Shown here: positions 33,068 through 33,892 of the stretch, piece by piece | Layout of the letters: every line of letters begins with the position of its first letter | How positions within the stretch are numbered: the stretch's first letter is position 1 | Origin: an uncultured Pseudobdellovibrionaceae bacterium | GTDB lineage: Bacteria; Pseudomonadota; Alphaproteobacteria; Micavibrionales; Micavibrionaceae | Direction: 5' to 3' | Assembly (NCBI GenBank): GCA_964548445.1 | Contig: CAZJRT010000001.1 | Span: 1-33,892, forward strand | DNA length: 33,892 bases | Notes under the pieces: model-generated | What the model saw: only the letters and a program-made list of their open reading frames with translations | Told to the model about the DNA's origin: nothing | The model's database searches: none | Made by a program: the position numbers and the translations under genes

Positions 33068-33892
33068 GTGAAAGGCCAGTATAATAAGACTCCTGATTTC
33101 CGCGTGATTATAACCCACGACGTGGATCGGACGACGCTGTTTGAGCCGACGGCAGTATTAAAGGCTTTCCTGGAGACCGTTCGACTCAAATCGTCAATGG
33201 GAATCTCGCTGGCTTGCGTGTTCTCACCCCGTTCCGTATTGAGGACTGTTGATCGGCTTCTGGAAATCGAGTCTGCGGCCGGTATAGGCACCATCTTTTT
33301 TATGATGGCGGGGCCGTATGAATGGAGGCGGCTCGGCACCCGCACGGATATCCGGTGGCGGACAGCCCGCGAGTTGGGGCGTCTGGTGCTGGATGCCGGT
33401 ATGCAGGTGGGACTTCACAGCAGTGCCCGCGCGTGTGAGCGTAACAGCTATGCAGAAGAAAAAGACCGGGTCGAGCAGTGCCTTGGGGTGTCGATCAAGA
33501 CGCATCGCAGTCATTACCTCCGCTTTGATCCTCTGACCCTTGCGGCGCAGTTGGAGTCGGCAGGCATCGAATATGACTTCAGTGTAAGGGCTGCCGAGGG
33601 CATGGGGTTCCGAGGCGGGGTTGCGCATGATTGTCGCGCGTATGATTTTCAGCATGAGCGCAGCGCTCGTGTGCTTTCCATTCCGCTCTTGTTCATGGAT
33701 ACGGCCTTTCTGGGCCAGGATGCGTCGCTGGTTTTAGCGAAACTCCGGGAAAGTCTTGAACAGGTGAAGGCCGCAAAGGGCTGCGTTTCGCTGTTGTTCC
33801 ATCCGGAATGGTTTCTAATCGGCGAAAAGCCGTTCGCACTGTTCGAGGGGGCAATTGCTTTGTGCCGTGAGATGGGGGCCGACTTGTCCGGC
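33068..33892 (+). CDS. 5'-partial CDS running off the window: polysaccharide-deacetylase-like (CE4-like) protein
   Basis: Own translation from GTG 33068: VKGQYNKTPDFRVIITHDVDRTT...GLHSSARA...THRSHYLRF...LLFHPEWF..., open for all 275 codons to the window end. It is not in the supplied ORF track, presumably because it has no stop. The start codon is uncertain. Confidence 0.55.
   Translation, partial: MKGQYNKTPDFRVIITHDVDRTTLFEPTAVLKAFLETVRLKSSMGISLACVFSPRSVLRTVDRLLEIESAAGIGTIFFMMAGPYEWRRLGTRTDIRWRTARELGRLVLDAGMQVGLHSSARACERNSYAEEKDRVEQCLGVSIKTHRSHYLRFDPLTLAAQLESAGIEYDFSVRAAEGMGFRGGVAHDCRAYDFQHERSARVLSIPLLFMDTAFLGQDASLVLAKLRESLEQVKAAKGCVSLLFHPEWFLIGEKPFALFEGAIALCREMGADLSG

Noticed and set aside
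32584-33655. Antisense ORFs of 253 aa and 143 aa at the right end.
   Set aside because: They lie opposite the ATP-grasp remnant and the deacetylase-like + strand frame, both of which have recognisable homology. The antisense products are Arg/Pro-rich.
1-33892. Scan for tRNA, rRNA, CRISPR arrays or the ops/JUMPstart element (GGCGGTAG).
   Set aside because: No spaced direct repeats, no cloverleaf-like segments and no exact ops motif were seen. The nearest is GTAGGCGG on the minus strand near 47-54, which is not the motif.

Overview
All credible genes lie on the + strand. The window is a roughly 34-kb surface-glycan (O-antigen, capsule or ECA-like) biosynthesis locus with a mosaic structure.

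**Left block (1 to about 17.3 kb, GC-rich).** It starts with a DegT-type sugar aminotransferase. An unusual small-acid enzyme cassette follows:
- a CitE/HpcH-like lyase
- an unknown enzyme
- an FkbM methyltransferase
- an aldo/keto reductase
- an MmgE/PrpD dehydratase
- a phosphonopyruvate-decarboxylase-like ThDP enzyme
- an ATP-grasp ligase
- a split TtdAB/FumA-type Fe-S hydro-lyase, whose beta and alpha genes are separated by an AlbA_2/Schlafen-type ATPase-wHTH gene

A WecF-like GT56 gene and wecB close the block. A 2.4-kb IS interrupts the cassette. It has 16-bp perfect terminal inverted repeats, a 5-bp AAATT target duplication and an A9 -1 frameshift site between orfA and orfB.

**Middle block (about 17.3 to 31 kb, visibly AT-rich).** It carries glycosyltransferases, Wzy, CapA-like and CapK-like genes, a methyltransferase, an ATP-grasp gene, a PglC-like initiating transferase, a GNAT and a second aminotransferase.

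**Right end.** It holds another ATP-grasp gene, a G-run-rich non-coding spacer, a decayed paralogue of that ATP-grasp gene, and the 5' part of a deacetylase-like gene that runs off the window and is absent from the ORF track.

**Main observations.**
- Two gene remnants mark old recombination junctions: an AKR N-terminus at 3388-3534 and the ATP-grasp C-terminal remnant at 32476-33018.
- The most interesting candidate for undescribed biology is the organic-acid / 2-oxoacid tailoring cassette (1290-14898). I infer that it builds a non-standard acyl or phosphonate substituent for an amino sugar. No canonical PEP mutase is visible in the window.
- I saw no rRNA, tRNA or CRISPR.
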